DNA from: an uncultured delta proteobacterium
GTDB taxonomy: Bacteria > Desulfobacterota > Binatia > JACPRU01
Length of the DNA: 64,000 nt
NCBI GenBank assembly: GCA_963745025.1
Contig: CAVUWD010000013.1
Span: forward strand, 96,001-160,000
Direction: 5' to 3'
Shown: positions 48,403-58,672 of the stretch, in pieces
How positions within the stretch are numbered: the stretch's first letter is position 1
Layout: each line of letters starts with the position of its first letter
Program-made: the position numbers and the translations under genes
The notes under the pieces: generated by a model
What the model was told of the DNA's origin: nothing
Database searches by the model: none
Seen by the model: only the letters and a program-made list of their open reading frames with translations

Positions 48403-50325
48403 ATGGCAAAGCTAATCGGCATCGACCTCGGAACGACAAACTCCGTGGTCGCCATCATGGAAGGGGGAGACCCCAACGTTTTGACCAATTCGGAAGGCGC
48501 GCGGACGACCCCATCGGTCGTTGCCTTCACTGAGAGTGGGGAGCGCCTGACCGGGCAAGTCGCCAAGCGTCAAGCGATCACGAATCCACAGAACACGGTA
48601 TCGGCCATCAAGCGGCTGATCGGCCGTCGTTACGACGACCCATTGGTGCAGAAGGCGATGAAGGTTCTTCCGTACAAGGTCGTCAAGGGAGACAACGGTG
48701 ACGCATGGGTCGAGATCCGCGGCAAGAAGTACAGCCCCGCGGAGATTTCCGCCTTCGTGCTCCAGAAGATGAAGCAGACCGCCGAAGACTACCTTGGCGA
48801 AAAGGTCAGTGAGGCGGTGATCACCGTCCCCGCGTACTTCAACGATAGCCAGCGTCAGGCGACCAAGGATGCCGGTAAGATCGCGGGCCTGAGCGTCCTG
48901 CGCATCATCAACGAGCCGACCGCAGCGTCGCTGGCATACGGCCTCGACAAGAAGAAGGACGAGAAGATCGCCGTTTTCGATCTCGGCGGCGGCACGTTCG
49001 ACATCTCGATCCTCGAGCTCGGTGAAGGTGTCTTTGAAGTCAAGGCCACCAACGGCGACACGTTCCTCGGCGGCGAAGACTTCGACCAGAGGGTCATGGA
49101 CTATCTCGCCGACGAGTTCAAAAAGGACCAAGGCATCGATGTGCGCAAGGACCGCATGGCCCTGCAGCGCCTGAAGGAGGCTGCGGAGAAGGCCAAGTGC
49201 GAGCTGTCGACGGTCCCGGAGACGGAGATCAACCTCCCCTTCATCACCGCAGATCAGTCCGGACCGAAGCACCTCAACATGAAGCTCACGCGCGCCAAGC
49301 TCGAGGCGCTCTGCTCCGAGTTCCTCGAGCGCCTCGATGGCCCGTGCCTCACGGCGCTGAAAGACGCTGGGCTCACCGCGAGCGACATCGACGAGGTTGT
49401 GCTGGTGGGCGGCATGACGCGCATGCCGGCCGTGCAAGCTCGCGTGAAGAAGCTCTTCGGCAAGGAGCCGCACAAGGGCGTGAACCCCGACGAGGTGGTC
49501 GGCATCGGCGCGGCCATCCAGGCCGGGGTGCTGAAGGGTGAGGTGAAGGACGTCCTGCTTCTCGACGTCACCCCACTGTCGCTCGGCATCGAGACGCTCG
49601 GCGGCGTGTTCACCAAGTTGATCGAGAAGAACACGACGATCCCGACGAAGAAGAGCCAGACGTTCTCGACGGCGGCCGACAACCAGTCGGCGGTGACGAT
49701 TCGAGTGTTCCAGGGCGAGCGCGAGATGGCCGCGGACAACAAGCTGCTCGGCCAGTTCGACCTGGTCGGCATCCCGCCGGCACCGCGTGGCGTGCCGCAG
49801 GTCGAGGTGACGTTCGACATCGATGCCAACGGCATCGTGCACGTGAACGCCAAGGATCTCGGAACCGGCAAGGAGCAATCGATCAGGATCACGGCGTCGA
49901 GCGGCCTCAACAAGGAGGAGATCGAGCGCATGGTGAAGGAGGCCGAATCGCACGCGGAGGAGGACCGCAAGCGCCGCGAAACGGTCGACGCAAAGAACCA
50001 ACTCGACAGCTTGGTCTATCAGACGGAGAAGTCGCTCAAGGACTACAAAGGCGACCTCGACGACGCGACGAAGTCGGCCATCGAATCGGCGCTCGAGCAG
50101 GCCAAGAAGGCGATCGAGCAAGGCGAGATCGACGCGATTCGCTCCGCCACTGAAGCGCTGAGCCAAAGCTCCCACAAGCTCGCAGAGGTGATGTACAAGC
50201 GGACGGTGAAGGAGGGGCCGGCGGGTGCAGACGGTGGAGCCGCCTCGGGTGGAGAGAGCGCGCAGGGCGGCGGCGGCAAGAAAGGCGACGACGTCGTCGA
50301 CGCCGACTTCGAAGAAGTGAAGTAA
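48403..50325 (+). CDS. dnaK: Chaperone DnaK
   Basis: [32 protein letters not shown]. Confidence 0.98.
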   Translation: MAKLIGIDLGTTNSVVAIMEGGDPNVLTNSEGARTTPSVVAFTESGERLTGQVAKRQAITNPQNTVSAIKRLIGRRYDDPLVQKAMKVLPYKVVKGDNGDAWVEIRGKKYSPAEISAFVLQKMKQTAEDYLGEKVSEAVITVPAYFNDSQRQATKDAGKIAGLSVLRIINEPTAASLAYGLDKKKDEKIAVFDLGGGTFDISILELGEGVFEVKATNGDTFLGGEDFDQRVMDYLADEFKKDQGIDVRKDRMALQRLKEAAEKAKCELSTVPETEINLPFITADQSGPKHLNMKLTRAKLEALCSEFLERLDGPCLTALKDAGLTASDIDEVVLVGGMTRMPAVQARVKKLFGKEPHKGVNPDEVVGIGAAIQAGVLKGEVKDVLLLDVTPLSLGIETLGGVFTKLIEKNTTIPTKKSQTFSTAADNQSAVTIRVFQGEREMAADNKLLGQFDLVGIPPAPRGVPQVEVTFDIDANGIVHVNAKDLGTGKEQSIRITASSGLNKEEIERMVKEAESHAEEDRKRRETVDAKNQLDSLVYQTEKSLKDYKGDLDDATKSAIESALEQAKKAIEQGEIDAIRSATEALSQSSHKLAEVMYKRTVKEGPAGADGGAASGGESAQGGGGKKGDDVVDADFEEVK

Positions 50326-50330
50326 AGAAG

Positions 50331-50383
50331 AGAAGGGATCCGATCCATTTTTACCGCTGTGCTGGAAAATGGGACCTGGTCCC
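50331..50383. repeat. Inverted REP-like pair between dnaK and dnaJ
   Basis: GGGATCCGATCCATTTT ... AAAATGGGACCTGGTCCC imperfect inverted repeat. Confidence 0.45.
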
Positions 50384-50400
50384 GTCATACATAGATCTCG

Positions 50401-51516
50401 ATGCCTCCGCCCAAGCGGGACTACTACGAGGTGCTCGGCGTCGGTCGCGAGGCGTCGCAGGACGAAGTCAAAAAGGCCTATCGGCGCCTCGCGCTGAAGC
50501 TTCACCCGGACCGCAACCCGGGAGACAAAGAGGCCGAGGAGCGCTTCAAGGAAGCCTCGGCCGCGTATCAAATCCTCGGTGATACCGAGCGCCGCGCGCA
50601 GTACGATCGCTTCGGTCACGCGGCGTTCGATCAGCAGAGCGGGTTCAGCGGATTCGATTTCAGCGCGGGCTTCGAAGACCTCTTCAGCGACATCTTCGGA
50701 GACTTCTTCGGCGGTGGGCGCGGCCGCTCGCGCGGCCGCTCGCGGCGTGGCGAGGACCTCCGCTACGACCTCGAGATCCCGTTCGAGGAAGCGGTGTTCG
50801 GCTGCGAGAAACAGCTCTCGGTGCCGCGCTGGAAGACCTGCGATGGATGCGCCGGCAAGGGAACCAAGAGCGGCAGCGCGCCGCGCACCTGTCCCTCCTG
50901 TCGGGGGAGCGGGCAGATCCGCTTCCAGCAGGGATTCTTCTCGATCGCCAAGACCTGCAGCCAGTGCGGTGGAGAGGGCTCGATCATCGCCGACCCCTGC
51001 GCGAAGTGCGGAGGCGGCGGGCGGGTGCGCGTCACACAGAACCTCAGCCTCAAAGTGCCGGCCGGCGTCGATGACGGCTCGCGTCTCAAGCTTCGCGGCG
51101 AGGGTGAAGCCGGAATCGGTGGAGGGCCGCCGGGCGATCTCTACGTGGTGATCTCGGTCGCCGAGCACCCGCTCTTCACGCGACAGGGGAAAGACGTCAT
51201 CTGCGAGATCCCCGTTTCGTTCACCCAACTCGCGCTCGGCGCCGAGATCGAGGTGCCGACGCTCGAGGACAAGTCCAAGCTGAAGGTCCCCGCGGGGACG
51301 CAGACGGGCACGGTGTTTCGGCTCAAGGGGAAGGGCATCCCCGACCTGCAGGGGTACGGCAAGGGCGACGAGCTGGTGCGCGTGCACGTCGAAGTCCCTC
51401 ATAAGCTGACCGCGCGCCAGCGCGAGCTTCTCGAGGAATACGCACGCAACGGCGGCGAAGACGTGAGCCCGCTCAACAAGGGCTTCCTCGACCGCGTCAA
51501 AGAGATGTTCGGGTAA
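50401..51516 (+). CDS. dnaJ: Chaperone DnaJ
   Basis: HPD J-domain, G/F region, four CxxCxGxG repeats. Confidence 0.98.
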   Translation: MPPPKRDYYEVLGVGREASQDEVKKAYRRLALKLHPDRNPGDKEAEERFKEASAAYQILGDTERRAQYDRFGHAAFDQQSGFSGFDFSAGFEDLFSDIFGDFFGGGRGRSRGRSRRGEDLRYDLEIPFEEAVFGCEKQLSVPRWKTCDGCAGKGTKSGSAPRTCPSCRGSGQIRFQQGFFSIAKTCSQCGGEGSIIADPCAKCGGGGRVRVTQNLSLKVPAGVDDGSRLKLRGEGEAGIGGGPPGDLYVVISVAEHPLFTRQGKDVICEIPVSFTQLALGAEIEVPTLEDKSKLKVPAGTQTGTVFRLKGKGIPDLQGYGKGDELVRVHVEVPHKLTARQRELLEEYARNGGEDVSPLNKGFLDRVKEMFG

Positions 51517-51540
51517 GAAGAGCGTGGGTGGGATACCGGA

Positions 51541-52893
51541 GTGCAGCTCCTGGTTCGACACCTGCTCATGCTGCTCCTACTGCTGATCGCACCGTCCGCA
51601 GCCGCTGACGAGCACGGATCCGTAGCCATTACGCGTGGCGAGCCCGGCCCCGCACCGGCGCTGGGCGCGAGCTCGGCAGCGTCCGTTCCCAGCGCGCATT
51701 ACCAACCGCCAGCGGCCAACGTCGGCCTGCCCGCGATCGGCGTTCTTCTGCCTCTCTCCGGTCGCTACCAGCCCTTCGGCGAGTCTTGCCTGCGGGGAAT
51801 CCGCGTCGCCCTCGGCGCGCTCGAGGGCCGTACGCCGGTCCTGCGCGCCGTGATCCTCGATACACGAGGTGAGCCAAACCAGGCGGTCTCCGCCTATCAG
51901 AAGCTCGCCTCCGATCCGGGCGTCGTCGCCGTGCTCGGGCCGATGCTTTCCCCGGAAGTCGATGCCGTACAGTCGTACGTCCACGGCTATGAGCTGCCGA
52001 CGCTCAACTTCTCGCAGCGCCCCGTCGCTGAGGGGGGGCCGCTCTACCGCTTCAGCTTGACCAAGCAGGACCAGGCGAAGATCCTGGCTCAGTACGCGGT
52101 CGGCGAGCTCGGCGCGCGGCGCTGGGCGGCGTTCCATCCCGACGATGACTATGGACGCGAGATCTCCGCTTACTTTCGTCAGTGGGTCGAGAGCCTCGGC
52201 GGGCGCGTCGTCGCCGACGTCGGCTATGATCCGCGCAAGAACGATCTTCAGACGGAAGCGAAGCGCCTACAGGCCAAGCTCGGCATCGTCGAAAACCCGC
52301 CGCCGCCGGCGCACGCCAACGCCGCCCCGCCCGTCGATGGAGTCTTCCTGCCCGACGCGGCCGATCGGCTGAACCTGCTGATCTCGTACCTCACCTTCGT
52401 CGACATCCGCGGCGTGCTGTTGCTCGGCGCAAGTGGCTGGAATCGCCCGCAAGAGCTTCTCGCGGTGGGGCCGCCGGTGAACGGCGGGGTGTTTGTCGAC
52501 GGCTTCTTCCTCTACAGCTTTCGCCCCGAGGTACGAGCGTTCGTGGATGCCTACCGCGACGCGTATCACGGGGATCCGGGCGCGCTCGAGGCCTACGGGT
52601 ACGACGCTGCCGTGCTGGTGCGCGAATTCATCGCCGCGGGCGCCGTCACCCGCCAGATGATGCTCGCGGAGTTTCGCCGTCCGTTCTCGCGTCACGGCGC
52701 GACCGGAGAGACGCTCGTCACCGCGGACGGGCGCATCGAGAAAGGGCTCTTTCTTTTGAAGGTCGAAGACGGCGCCATTCACGAGATCGAGACGCCGGCG
52801 ACGGGCGATAGCGTGGCTCCATCGGCGCCGTCCGGGTCATCGCGTGGGCGCGAATGGGATTCGAGGTCTATGGAGAATCGAGTTGCCCACTAG
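51541..52893 (+). CDS. Periplasmic type-1 binding-fold protein (LpoA/LppC-like)
   Basis: Signal peptide; IGVLLPLSG, VLGP, DDYG, VFLPD, LLGASGWN, AYGYDA. Confidence 0.7.
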   Translation: MQLLVRHLLMLLLLLIAPSAAADEHGSVAITRGEPGPAPALGASSAASVPSAHYQPPAANVGLPAIGVLLPLSGRYQPFGESCLRGIRVALGALEGRTPVLRAVILDTRGEPNQAVSAYQKLASDPGVVAVLGPMLSPEVDAVQSYVHGYELPTLNFSQRPVAEGGPLYRFSLTKQDQAKILAQYAVGELGARRWAAFHPDDDYGREISAYFRQWVESLGGRVVADVGYDPRKNDLQTEAKRLQAKLGIVENPPPPAHANAAPPVDGVFLPDAADRLNLLISYLTFVDIRGVLLLGASGWNRPQELLAVGPPVNGGVFVDGFFLYSFRPEVRAFVDAYRDAYHGDPGALEAYGYDAAVLVREFIAAGAVTRQMMLAEFRRPFSRHGATGETLVTADGRIEKGLFLLKVEDGAIHEIETPATGDSVAPSAPSGSSRGREWDSRSMENRVAH

Positions 52894-52904
52894 CCGGCGC
52901 CACA

Positions 52905-52927
52905 GATCGCTCCCGTTGGTCGCGATC
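52905..52927. repeat. REP-like core copy at the thiL 5' end
   Basis: GATCGCTCCCGTTGGTCGCGATC. Confidence 0.75.
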
Positions 52928-53922
52928 GGCTCCGGCCGAGCAGGCAGCCGAGCTAGCCTCTCCGAGATCGGGGAATTCGGATTTCTGGAGCGCCTTCGAA
53001 GGCTGCGTATCCCGCGCCGCGGCGTCGAGCTGGGCATCGGCGACGACTGCGCCGTCGTCCGCGCCGGTCGACGCCGGCTGCTGCTGACGACCGACGCGCT
53101 CGTCGAGAATGTACACTTCCGTTGGGCGTGGGACACGCCGGCAGGGCTTGGCCAGCGTGCCTTCGCGGTCAACGCCAGCGACATCGCCGCGATGGGCGGT
53201 GCACCGCGATTCGCACTGCTGTCGATCGTCGCGCCGAGGACCGCCCGCATTGCCCGTCTCGAAGGGATCGTGCAGGGCTTCGTCGCCGCCGCTCGGGAGA
53301 GCGGCTGCGCGCTGGTGGGCGGGAATCTCAGCGCCGGTTCCCATTGGATGATCTCGGTCACCCTTGTCGGCGAGCCGTTCGGCGCCCCACTGCGGCGCTC
53401 CGGAGCACGAGCGGGGGATCACGTTTACGTGAGCGGTGTTCTCGGAGCCGCGGCGTTCGGCCGGGAAATCCTGCTCCGCCGAAGGCGTGGATCGCCGCGC
53501 CAGACGCTCGCCTTCCGACGGCCTCGAGCGCGTCTCGACGTCGGCGAGATGCTCGCCCGCACGCGGAGCGCGAGCGCCGCCATCGACCTGAGCGACGGCC
53601 TCATTTCAGACCTCGGGCACGTCTGCCGCGCGAGCCGAGTCGGAGCGCTGATCGATCCAGAGAAGCTACCGTTCGCTCCCCCGCTTCTCCGGCTGGCAAA
53701 GGACGAGCGCCTGGCGCTCGCGCTCGGCGGCGGCGAGGACTACGAGCTGCTGTTCACGATTCCGCCCGGACGGGTTCGCCGTCTCGAGGAGTTGGCCCGC
53801 GGGCGATCGCTTGCCGTGACGAACATCGGCCGTGTCACACGCGGGCGAGGGGTCCGGCTCGCGGGCGCGTCGCGCCCTCGTCGGCCGTCTTCGCCGGCGG
53901 GTTCGATCACTTTCGGCGGTGA
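52916..53922 (+). CDS. thiL: Thiamine-monophosphate kinase; frameshift near 53865-53890
   Basis: GEFGFL, GIGDDCA, NASDIAAMGG, IDLSDGL, GGEDYELLFT; the conserved terminal GFDHF lies in a different frame, ending TGA 53922; start uncertain. Confidence 0.9.
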
Positions 53923-53924
53923 AG

Positions 53925-54038
53925 TCGGGGACGTTCCAACCTTCGTAACCTTCGTAACCTTCGTCGCGTCGCTCTCCTTACAGGATTTCCTAGCGCGAGG
54001 AACGCGATGAAGGTTACGAAGGTTAGGAACGTCCCCGA
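53925..54038. repeat. 114-bp inverted-repeat element with internal 9-bp tandem units
   Basis: TCGGGGACGTTCC / GGAACGTCCCCGA perfect 13-bp ends; AACCTTCGT x3 on the left arm, about 2 inverted copies on the right. Confidence 0.8.
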
Positions 54039-54105
54039 GCAGCCCTTTCGGCGGTGACGCCGCCCACTTTTCGGGCCGAGCGCAACCTGCGATAACCGTT
54101 CGCGC

Positions 54106-54879
54106 TTGGACCCGACTCGTCTCAAAGGCATCCTCGAAGAGGTGCGCCGCGGCAAGCGCAGCGTGGGCGCGGCACTCGAGGCGCTGCGTCACCTGCCATA
54201 CGAAGATCTCGGCTTCGCCAAGATCGATCACCACCGTTCGCTCCGTCAAGGCATCCCGGAGGTGATCTTCGCGCAGGGCAAATCGCGATCGCAGATCGTC
54301 GAGATCGCCGAGCGGATCGCCGCCGGCGGCCACGACGTGGTCGTCACGCGCATCGACAAGTCGGATGCCGACGCGTTGCGCGAGCGCCTCGCGGGCTTCT
54401 CGTATTCGGAGCAAGGGCGGATCGCGTGGCGAAAGCAGGAACGTAAACCGACGCGGCTCGGGCGCGTTTTGGTTGTCTCCGCGGGGACCGCGGATCTACC
54501 CGTCGCCGAAGAGGCGGCCATCATCGCCGAGTGCGCGGGATGCGACGTCGAGAGGCTTTTCGACGTTGGCGTGTCGGGGCTGCATCGACTCTTCGATCAG
54601 GCGGAGCGGATCCGCGCGGCCGAGGTCGTGGTCGTGGTGGCCGGAATGGAAGGGGCGTTGCCGAGCGTGGTCGCGGGATGGATCGATCAGCCGGTCATCG
54701 CGGTGCCGACCAGCATCGGCTACGGGGCGAGCTTCGGGGGCTTGGCTGCGCTCCTCTCGATGCTCAACTCCTGTGCGGCGGGCACGACGGTCGTGAACAT
54801 CGACAACGGCTTCGGGGCGGCAATCGCCGCGGTGCGAATCCTGCGGGCACGCAAGGCGCCGAAAGCCGAACGCCGATGA
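54106..54879 (+). CDS. larB: Nickel-pincer cofactor biosynthesis protein LarB (AIR-carboxylase family)
   Basis: FAKIDHHRSLRQGIPEVIF, SAGTADLPVAEEA, AGMEGALPSVV, VPTSIGYG, MLNSC, VVNIDNGFGA. Confidence 0.92.
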   Translation: MDPTRLKGILEEVRRGKRSVGAALEALRHLPYEDLGFAKIDHHRSLRQGIPEVIFAQGKSRSQIVEIAERIAAGGHDVVVTRIDKSDADALRERLAGFSYSEQGRIAWRKQERKPTRLGRVLVVSAGTADLPVAEEAAIIAECAGCDVERLFDVGVSGLHRLFDQAERIRAAEVVVVVAGMEGALPSVVAGWIDQPVIAVPTSIGYGASFGGLAALLSMLNSCAAGTTVVNIDNGFGAAIAAVRILRARKAPKAERR

Positions 54880-56222
54880 CCGCGCCGATCACGTCGGGCC
54901 GGACGCGGCGCATGCTGAAGGTGGGCGCGCTCACGGGGCACGTCGGCTCGAGCTATCTCTGGCAAACGCTTCTCAAGCCCTTCCGCTCGATCGATTCCCA
55001 CCAGCGTGAGCTGCTCGATACGCACGTCCGCAACGCGCTGCGCGTCGTGGAGAGCTCCGCGGAGCTCCGCGGAGCGTTCACCAAGCTGGTGCAGATGCTG
55101 TCGATGCGTGACGACCTGCTGCCGACCCAGGCGCTCGAGATCCTCGCTACCGCTCGCGCGAACGTTCCACCGATGCCGTATCGAGTGATTCGCGAGCGGA
55201 TCCGCGCGGAGCTCGGCAAGCCTCCGGAACGACTCTTCGGGAGCTTCGAGCGCGAGGCGTTCGCGGCCGCATCGCTCGGCCAGGTTCATCGGGCAGAGCT
55301 GCGGTCCGGCGAGACCGTGGTCGTCAAGATTCAGTATCCGGGCATCGAGGAGACCGTCGAGCAGGATCTGCAGAACGTGCACGGGCTGCTCCACGTGCTG
55401 ACGCGCATCGGTCGCGACGTCATGCGACGGCGGATCGACACCGCGGGCGTCCATCGGGAGCTCGAGGCGCGACTTCGGGAAGAGCTCGATTATCGCAAAG
55501 AGGCCGAGAACATCGCGCTCTTCCGGAGCCTCCTCGGCGAGGACGACGAGATCGAGATTCCGTCCGTCGTCGCGGAGTTGAGCACGCGCCGCGTGCTGAC
55601 GATGAGCTTCGTCGAGGGTTATCCGCTGGCCGACGTGCTCGTGCCCGGCGTCGATCAGGAGCTGAAGGATTGGGTGGCGATCAAGTACTTCCGGACGGTC
55701 TGCCGGCAGATCCTCCGCTTCGGCGTGCTCCACACCGATCCCCAGCCAGCCAATTATCTCGTCACCCATCATCCGAAGCTCGGCATCCTCGACTTCGGCT
55801 CGATCCGGGTCTTTCCCGAGCACCTCCGCCGCTCCTACCTGCGTCTGGCCCGTGCGCTGCTCGAAGACAGCCGACGTGAGATGATCGCGGCGTGCCGCGC
55901 GCTCGACTATCTCGGCGCGGACGATTCACCCGAGGCGATGATCGAGATCCTGCAGACGCTGCTCGAGCCCCTCCTGGAGGATCGCGAGCACGCGTTCGCG
56001 CACTATCGCTCGCTCGACAAGGCGATGCGCGTCGCGGCGGTCGCAATCGAGAAGGGGCTCTATCGTACGCCCGGCCACCGCGTATTCCTGGTGCGCGCGC
56101 TCGTCGGCCTCGAGGCCTACGTGAAGCAGCTCGGCACGGTCGCCAATTGGCGGAGGATCTTCGTCGAGGAGGTGGAGGCGGCATCCGCCGAGCGGGAGCA
56201 TTCGCAGCGCGCTTCGGAATGA
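54876..56222 (+). CDS. ABC1/UbiB/AarF-family atypical kinase
   Basis: FAAASLGQVHRA, VVKIQYPG, ELDYRKEA, HTDPQPANY, LDFG; ATG overlaps larB stop. Confidence 0.9.
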   Translation: MTAPITSGRTRRMLKVGALTGHVGSSYLWQTLLKPFRSIDSHQRELLDTHVRNALRVVESSAELRGAFTKLVQMLSMRDDLLPTQALEILATARANVPPMPYRVIRERIRAELGKPPERLFGSFEREAFAAASLGQVHRAELRSGETVVVKIQYPGIEETVEQDLQNVHGLLHVLTRIGRDVMRRRIDTAGVHRELEARLREELDYRKEAENIALFRSLLGEDDEIEIPSVVAELSTRRVLTMSFVEGYPLADVLVPGVDQELKDWVAIKYFRTVCRQILRFGVLHTDPQPANYLVTHHPKLGILDFGSIRVFPEHLRRSYLRLARALLEDSRREMIAACRALDYLGADDSPEAMIEILQTLLEPLLEDREHAFAHYRSLDKAMRVAAVAIEKGLYRTPGHRVFLVRALVGLEAYVKQLGTVANWRRIFVEEVEAASAEREHSQRASE

Positions 56223-58672
56223 CTCGCTTGAGCAAGCGAGCCACGCCGCTCTATCCGCTGCTCTTGGCGATTGCCGTCCTCGCTGCTTTCGAGGACTTCG
56301 CGAGTTCCGATCGGGTTCCTGCCTACCGCGATCTCTTGGTCTTCGCGATTCCGTTCAAGCATTTCCTCGCGAGCCGCCTGCAGCGCGGGGAGCTGCCGCT
56401 GTGGAATCCGTGGATCTACATGGGGACTCCGTTTCTCGCGAGCCTGCAGAGCGGCGTCTTCTATCCGCCGAGCGTGTTTTTCTTGCTTCCGTTCCCTCTC
56501 GGCTTCAACGTCTTTCTCTTCGCTCACCTTCTCATTGCCGTGAGCGGATTCTGGTTTCTGTCGCGCGAGAGAGGTCTCTCCGCGCCTGCCTGCGCCATCG
56601 GCAGCCTCACCTTTGGTCTCGGCGGTTACCTGGTTTCGATGATCAATTTGACGAGCCACCTGCAAGCCGCCGTCTGGCTCCCTTGGTGCCTGTTCTTTTG
56701 GATTCGCGGGATGCGGCCCTGGCGAGATGCCTACCTGGTCCTCTTCGGTCTTACACTGACGATCGCCATGCTCGCTGGTGCGCCCGAGATCCTTCTCATG
56801 ATCCTCGGTGTTCTCGCAGGCTGGACGGCGTTTGCGGCTCCGTGCTCCTGGACCGATCGTCTGCGCCTCGGAATGATGCTGGGGCTTGTCTTGCTCGCGG
56901 CTTTGGGCGTCGCAGCGTTCCAAATCGTTCCCACGCTCGAGTACATCGGACAATCCGATCGCAGCGGCGCGCTTCCGCTCGTGGAAGTCACCACGTGGTC
57001 GCTACAGCCCGTTTCATTTTTCCAGTTGCTGCTTCCTCATTCCGTGACACCCGGCGCCAGCCTCGACCCCTCGCATCAGATCCTGGAGGCCGGCAAACCT
57101 TGGATCCGGAGCATCTATCTAGGAATCGTTCCGCTCTCTCTGGCGATCGCGAGCGTCGCCGTGGGGCGGGAACGGCGCTTCTGGGGCACGGTGATCTTGG
57201 TCAGCGTCGTACTCGCATTCGGCTCGGCGACCCCCGTCTTTCCGATGCTCTATTCGGTCTTGCCGGGCGTCTTTGGAAGATTCCGCTATCCTGAAAAATT
57301 CTACTTTCTAACCCATTTCGCGACGGCACTGCTTGCAAGCGAGGGAGCCGAACAGTGCGTGCGCGGCGACCGACGGTCCACGAGGCTCGCTCACGTTGCG
57401 GCGTTCACGTTCTTCGCCGTGGCATTGCTGCTCGTCTTGGCCCGATGGCTGTGGCCGGCTCTCTATCTACTGTTCGTCGCCGGCCTGAGCGGTACGTTCG
57501 CGCCGATGACGCAGTACGTGCCGCTTGCCGAAGACCTCGCCAGCAAGTCCTTGCGGAGCGTGCTGCTGCTCGGATGCTTCCTCGGAACACTTTGGCTTCG
57601 GCGCGTCTTACTCCTATCGGAATCGATCTTCCGTGCGGCTTTGGTCGCGCTCGTCGCCGTGGATCTCGCCTCGATGGCGCATGGACTCAACCATACGGTC
57701 TCGTGGCGGGCACTCGAGGAGCAGCGCGCGGACCTCGACGTCGATGCGCTTCGAGCCGCGCATCAGCGCATGTTCCTCTACCAGACCCTATCCGCTCCGT
57801 TTGCCGGGCAAGAGCCGCAACCGATCCCGGGCCTAGAGCACTGGTTGCGCTTCGAGCAGCAAGCGAGGAGCTTCGAAGAGGCCGCGGGTGCGCTCTGGCG
57901 GACGATGCTCTTCGACATCCCCATGGTGCGAGAGGTCGGAACGTTGAGTGGAGGCGACGGCATCATGCGGAGCTCCGACAACGCGCTTCGCGCCGCCGTC
58001 TCGACCGCTTCCCGCGATCGCGCGGTGAAGTTGCTGCGCATCTTCGGCGTCGCGCAGTTCGCCGGTCCGGTGCCGCTCGAAGTTCCGGAGCTAGAGCCGG
58101 TCAAGCAGGTCGGCAATCCCCCCCTATTCATCTATCGGGTGACGAAACCGGTGCCCGCAGTATACCTCGCGTCGCGTCTCGTTCGCGCGGCCACGTCCAC
58201 GGAAGCGTTCCAGCGCATGGTCGAGCCTGACTTCATTCCGGGTGTCGATGCGACCGTAGAGGAGCTCCCGCGTGACTGGAGCCAGGCGTCGGACGTAGCG
58301 GGCGCCGGCGAGGTTCGAGTCGTCACGTGGACGGACGACCGCGTGGAGCTCGCCGTCGATGCCTTGCGGCAGAGCTTCCTCGTCCTGAACGATTCGTTCT
58401 TCCCCGGATGGTACGTTCGCGTCGACGGCCAGCCCGCACGAATCCATCGTGCGAACTCTCTCGCGCGAGGCGTTGCCATTGCCGCAGGCAACCACCGAGT
58501 GGAGTTTTTCTACGCGCCGCGGTCGTTCGCAGTCGGAGCGGCGATCTCGCTAGCGACCCTCCTCGCCGTTACCATCGTTGTCGCGATTCGACGAGGTCGC
58601 CGCGACCCGATGCCGATGCCGCCTAGGGCTTCGGAGGTGCCGAGGCCGCAAACGCCGCCCCAAACGACTTAG
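56219..58672 (+). CDS. YfhO-family GT-C membrane protein (fifth paralog)
   Basis: PAYRDLL, GELPLWNP, GTPFLASLQSGVFYPP, FRYPEKF, LNDSFFPGW; ATGA overlap with kinase gene. Confidence 0.87.
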   Translation: MTRLSKRATPLYPLLLAIAVLAAFEDFASSDRVPAYRDLLVFAIPFKHFLASRLQRGELPLWNPWIYMGTPFLASLQSGVFYPPSVFFLLPFPLGFNVFLFAHLLIAVSGFWFLSRERGLSAPACAIGSLTFGLGGYLVSMINLTSHLQAAVWLPWCLFFWIRGMRPWRDAYLVLFGLTLTIAMLAGAPEILLMILGVLAGWTAFAAPCSWTDRLRLGMMLGLVLLAALGVAAFQIVPTLEYIGQSDRSGALPLVEVTTWSLQPVSFFQLLLPHSVTPGASLDPSHQILEAGKPWIRSIYLGIVPLSLAIASVAVGRERRFWGTVILVSVVLAFGSATPVFPMLYSVLPGVFGRFRYPEKFYFLTHFATALLASEGAEQCVRGDRRSTRLAHVAAFTFFAVALLLVLARWLWPALYLLFVAGLSGTFAPMTQYVPLAEDLASKSLRSVLLLGCFLGTLWLRRVLLLSESIFRAALVALVAVDLASMAHGLNHTVSWRALEEQRADLDVDALRAAHQRMFLYQTLSAPFAGQEPQPIPGLEHWLRFEQQARSFEEAAGALWRTMLFDIPMVREVGTLSGGDGIMRSSDNALRAAVSTASRDRAVKLLRIFGVAQFAGPVPLEVPELEPVKQVGNPPLFIYRVTKPVPAVYLASRLVRAATSTEAFQRMVEPDFIPGVDATVEELPRDWSQASDVAGAGEVRVVTWTDDRVELAVDALRQSFLVLNDSFFPGWYVRVDGQPARIHRANSLARGVAIAAGNHRVEFFYAPRSFAVGAAISLATLLAVTIVVAIRRGRRDPMPMPPRASEVPRPQTPPQTT

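Noticed and set aside
48412-51561. 1049-aa ORF antisense to dnaK-dnaJ
   Set aside because: Mirror-frame artefact of GC-biased codon usage; no motifs; overlaps unambiguous genes.
53923-54010. ThiL C-terminal extension with TFVTFVTFV
   Set aside because: Read-through into the inverted-repeat element caused by the frameshift; the conserved GFDHF end is at 53922.
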